From NCBI RefSeq assembly GCF_006345805.1, contig NC_043025.1, positions 10,106,001-10,170,000 of the forward strand: a DNA stretch of 64,000 nucleotides, in the 5' to 3' direction. The notes beneath the pieces were generated by a model that was not told the origin of the DNA, made no database searches, and worked only from the letters and a program-made list of their open reading frames with translations. Numbering within the stretch: position 1 is the stretch's first letter; every line of letters starts with the position of its first letter. Made by a program: the position numbers and the translations under genes. This document shows positions 62,528-64,000 of the stretch, piece by piece. The DNA is from Octopus sinensis. Its lineage: Eukaryota.

Positions 62528-62627
62528 NNNNNNNNNNNNNNNNNNNNNNNNNNNNNNNNNNNNNNNNNNNNNNNNNNNNNNNNNNNNNNNNNNNNNNNNN
62601 NNNNNNNNNNNNNNNNNNNNNNNNNNN
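62528..62627. other. Assembly gap (100 N)
   Basis: Run of exactly 100 N, a placeholder of unknown true size. Confidence 0.99.
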
Positions 62628-63149
62628 CACGCTCCCTCCCCCTCCCACATTGTTCTCTCTCTTTCACTCCCCTTCCTAACTCCGTTGATATGGGCAACAC
62701 GTATGTGGTGACGGTGAGGGTGGCGTAAGCGATTGGTAGTGGCGGCGGAAAGTTATTTAACCCTCGGTCAGCCCTAGTCCAATAGACCTTAATTGACACC
62801 ATCCCATTTCATTGTAAATATCAAAGGCTTGCTATTTTCCCTAAAGTTGGCAGTTAAGATTTGGCTGTTACTTTTTGCAGATCAAGAGACGGCTGTGAGT
62901 TTCTTTGTTGGTTTTAAGTTCTTAGTGTTTAGCCCTGGGTAAACCTTGATCCAGCCGATCCATAATAATCAAAGGGGGTTATGATTTTGACCATCTCGTC
63001 TCTTTTCCACATGCAGAACATGTAGGATGCATTGTCTAAGTTATTCCTTTTTTCGGAATACTTTAGATGGTAGCATATGATTTGATTTGAAGGGGACTTG
63101 GCTGCTATTTTTAGCAAGCTGAGATTCGTTCTGGCGTTGCTCGAGCGTG

Positions 63150-63680
63150 CGGCGGTGGTGGTGATGGAGACGACAGTGTAAGAAGTGGTGGTGGTGGTGG
63201 TGAGGATGTTAGAGCGTGTGTTGTAGGTGGGGGAGGGGTTGATGGTGGTCGTAGTAGTAGTAGTAGCGGTGGTGGGAAGAGTAGCGATGTTGGTGGTGGC
63301 AGTAGTGATTGATTGAGCGAGTGATGATAGCGGTGATGGTGGTGGTGGTGGCGGCGGTGATGTTGTTAAGGCAGCTGATAGCGGTAGTGGTGGTGGTGGT
63401 GGTGGTGGTGGAGTTAAGGCGGCTGATAGTGGTTGCTGCTGGTAGTGGCGGTGGTGATTGATAGAGCGAGTGACGATAGCGGTGATGATGGTGGTCGTCG
63501 TCGTCGTCGTGATGCTGAGTGGGTGGCGGCGGTGATGTTGTTAAGGCAGCTGATAGCGGTAGTGGTGGTGGTGGAGTTAAGGCAGCTGATAGTGGTTGGT
63601 GGTGGTGGTGTCGGTGGTGATGGTCGTTGTTTGTTAGTGTTGAAGGTCAACGGTTGTTGGTGGTGGTGGTGATGGTGTTA
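63150..63680. repeat. (GGT)/(GAT) mosaic
   Basis: Direct inspection. Confidence 0.88.
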
Positions 63681-63823
63681 GGAGTGGTTGGTTGAAGGTC
63701 GTTTATTTATTATATGTACATTCATATATGTACCTACGCATATATATACTTACTATACACACATAAACCCAATATACATACGTGTGTATGTATCTTGACA
63801 ATGTGTCCTTATTTAATTTATCA

Positions 63824-63974
63824 CTGTGTGGTAAGTAGCTTGCTAACCAACCACATGGTTCCGGGTTCAGTCCCACTGCGTGGCACCTTGGGCAAGTGTC
63901 TTCTACTATAGCCCCGGGCCGACCAATGCCTTGTGAATGAATTTGGTAGACGGAAACTGAAAGAAGCCTGTCGT
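63824..63974 (+). mobile_element. SINE A left arm
   Basis: Similarity to 3030-3180. Confidence 0.9.
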
Positions 63975-64000
63975 TGGTGGTGCTATTAAGTTAGACATAG

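Noticed and set aside
62401-62802. 133-aa ORF crossing the gap
   Set aside because: Artefact of translating through N; only the part below 62527 is LINE ORF2

Overview
AT-rich, microsatellite-saturated eukaryotic genomic DNA with one 100-N scaffold gap at 62528-62627. The repeat repertoire and the (TA)n/(CTAT)n/(GGT)n load suggest a coleoid cephalopod such as Octopus; this is inferred, not proven. No complete gene is present. Most supplied ORFs are microsatellite read-throughs. The window is dominated by transposon debris: at least five tRNA-derived SINE types (informally A, B, C, C-prime, H), 5'-truncated LINEs (two CR1/L2-group, four RTE-clade, one Tx1/L1-like), TTAA piggyBac-type MITEs, an AT-flanked MITE and non-autonomous Helitrons. 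It also holds a tRNA-Asp pseudogene. The strongest unexplained signals are four. (1) Several different short, (TA)n-flanked elements carry type I hammerhead ribozyme folds, two with complete cores (61006-61071 and 54609-54651, minus strand). (2) An RTE 3' end encodes three tandem C2H2 zinc fingers. (3) Two SINE tails match LINE 3' ends present in the same window. (4) Two transposon-free islands each end in a short ATG-to-GTAAG phase-2 exon candidate (35799-35878 and 49383-49471), suggesting alternative first exons of an unidentified plus-strand gene. Everything was read by eye, and repeat boundaries are approximate (about 10-20 bp) unless a TSD or terminus is quoted.
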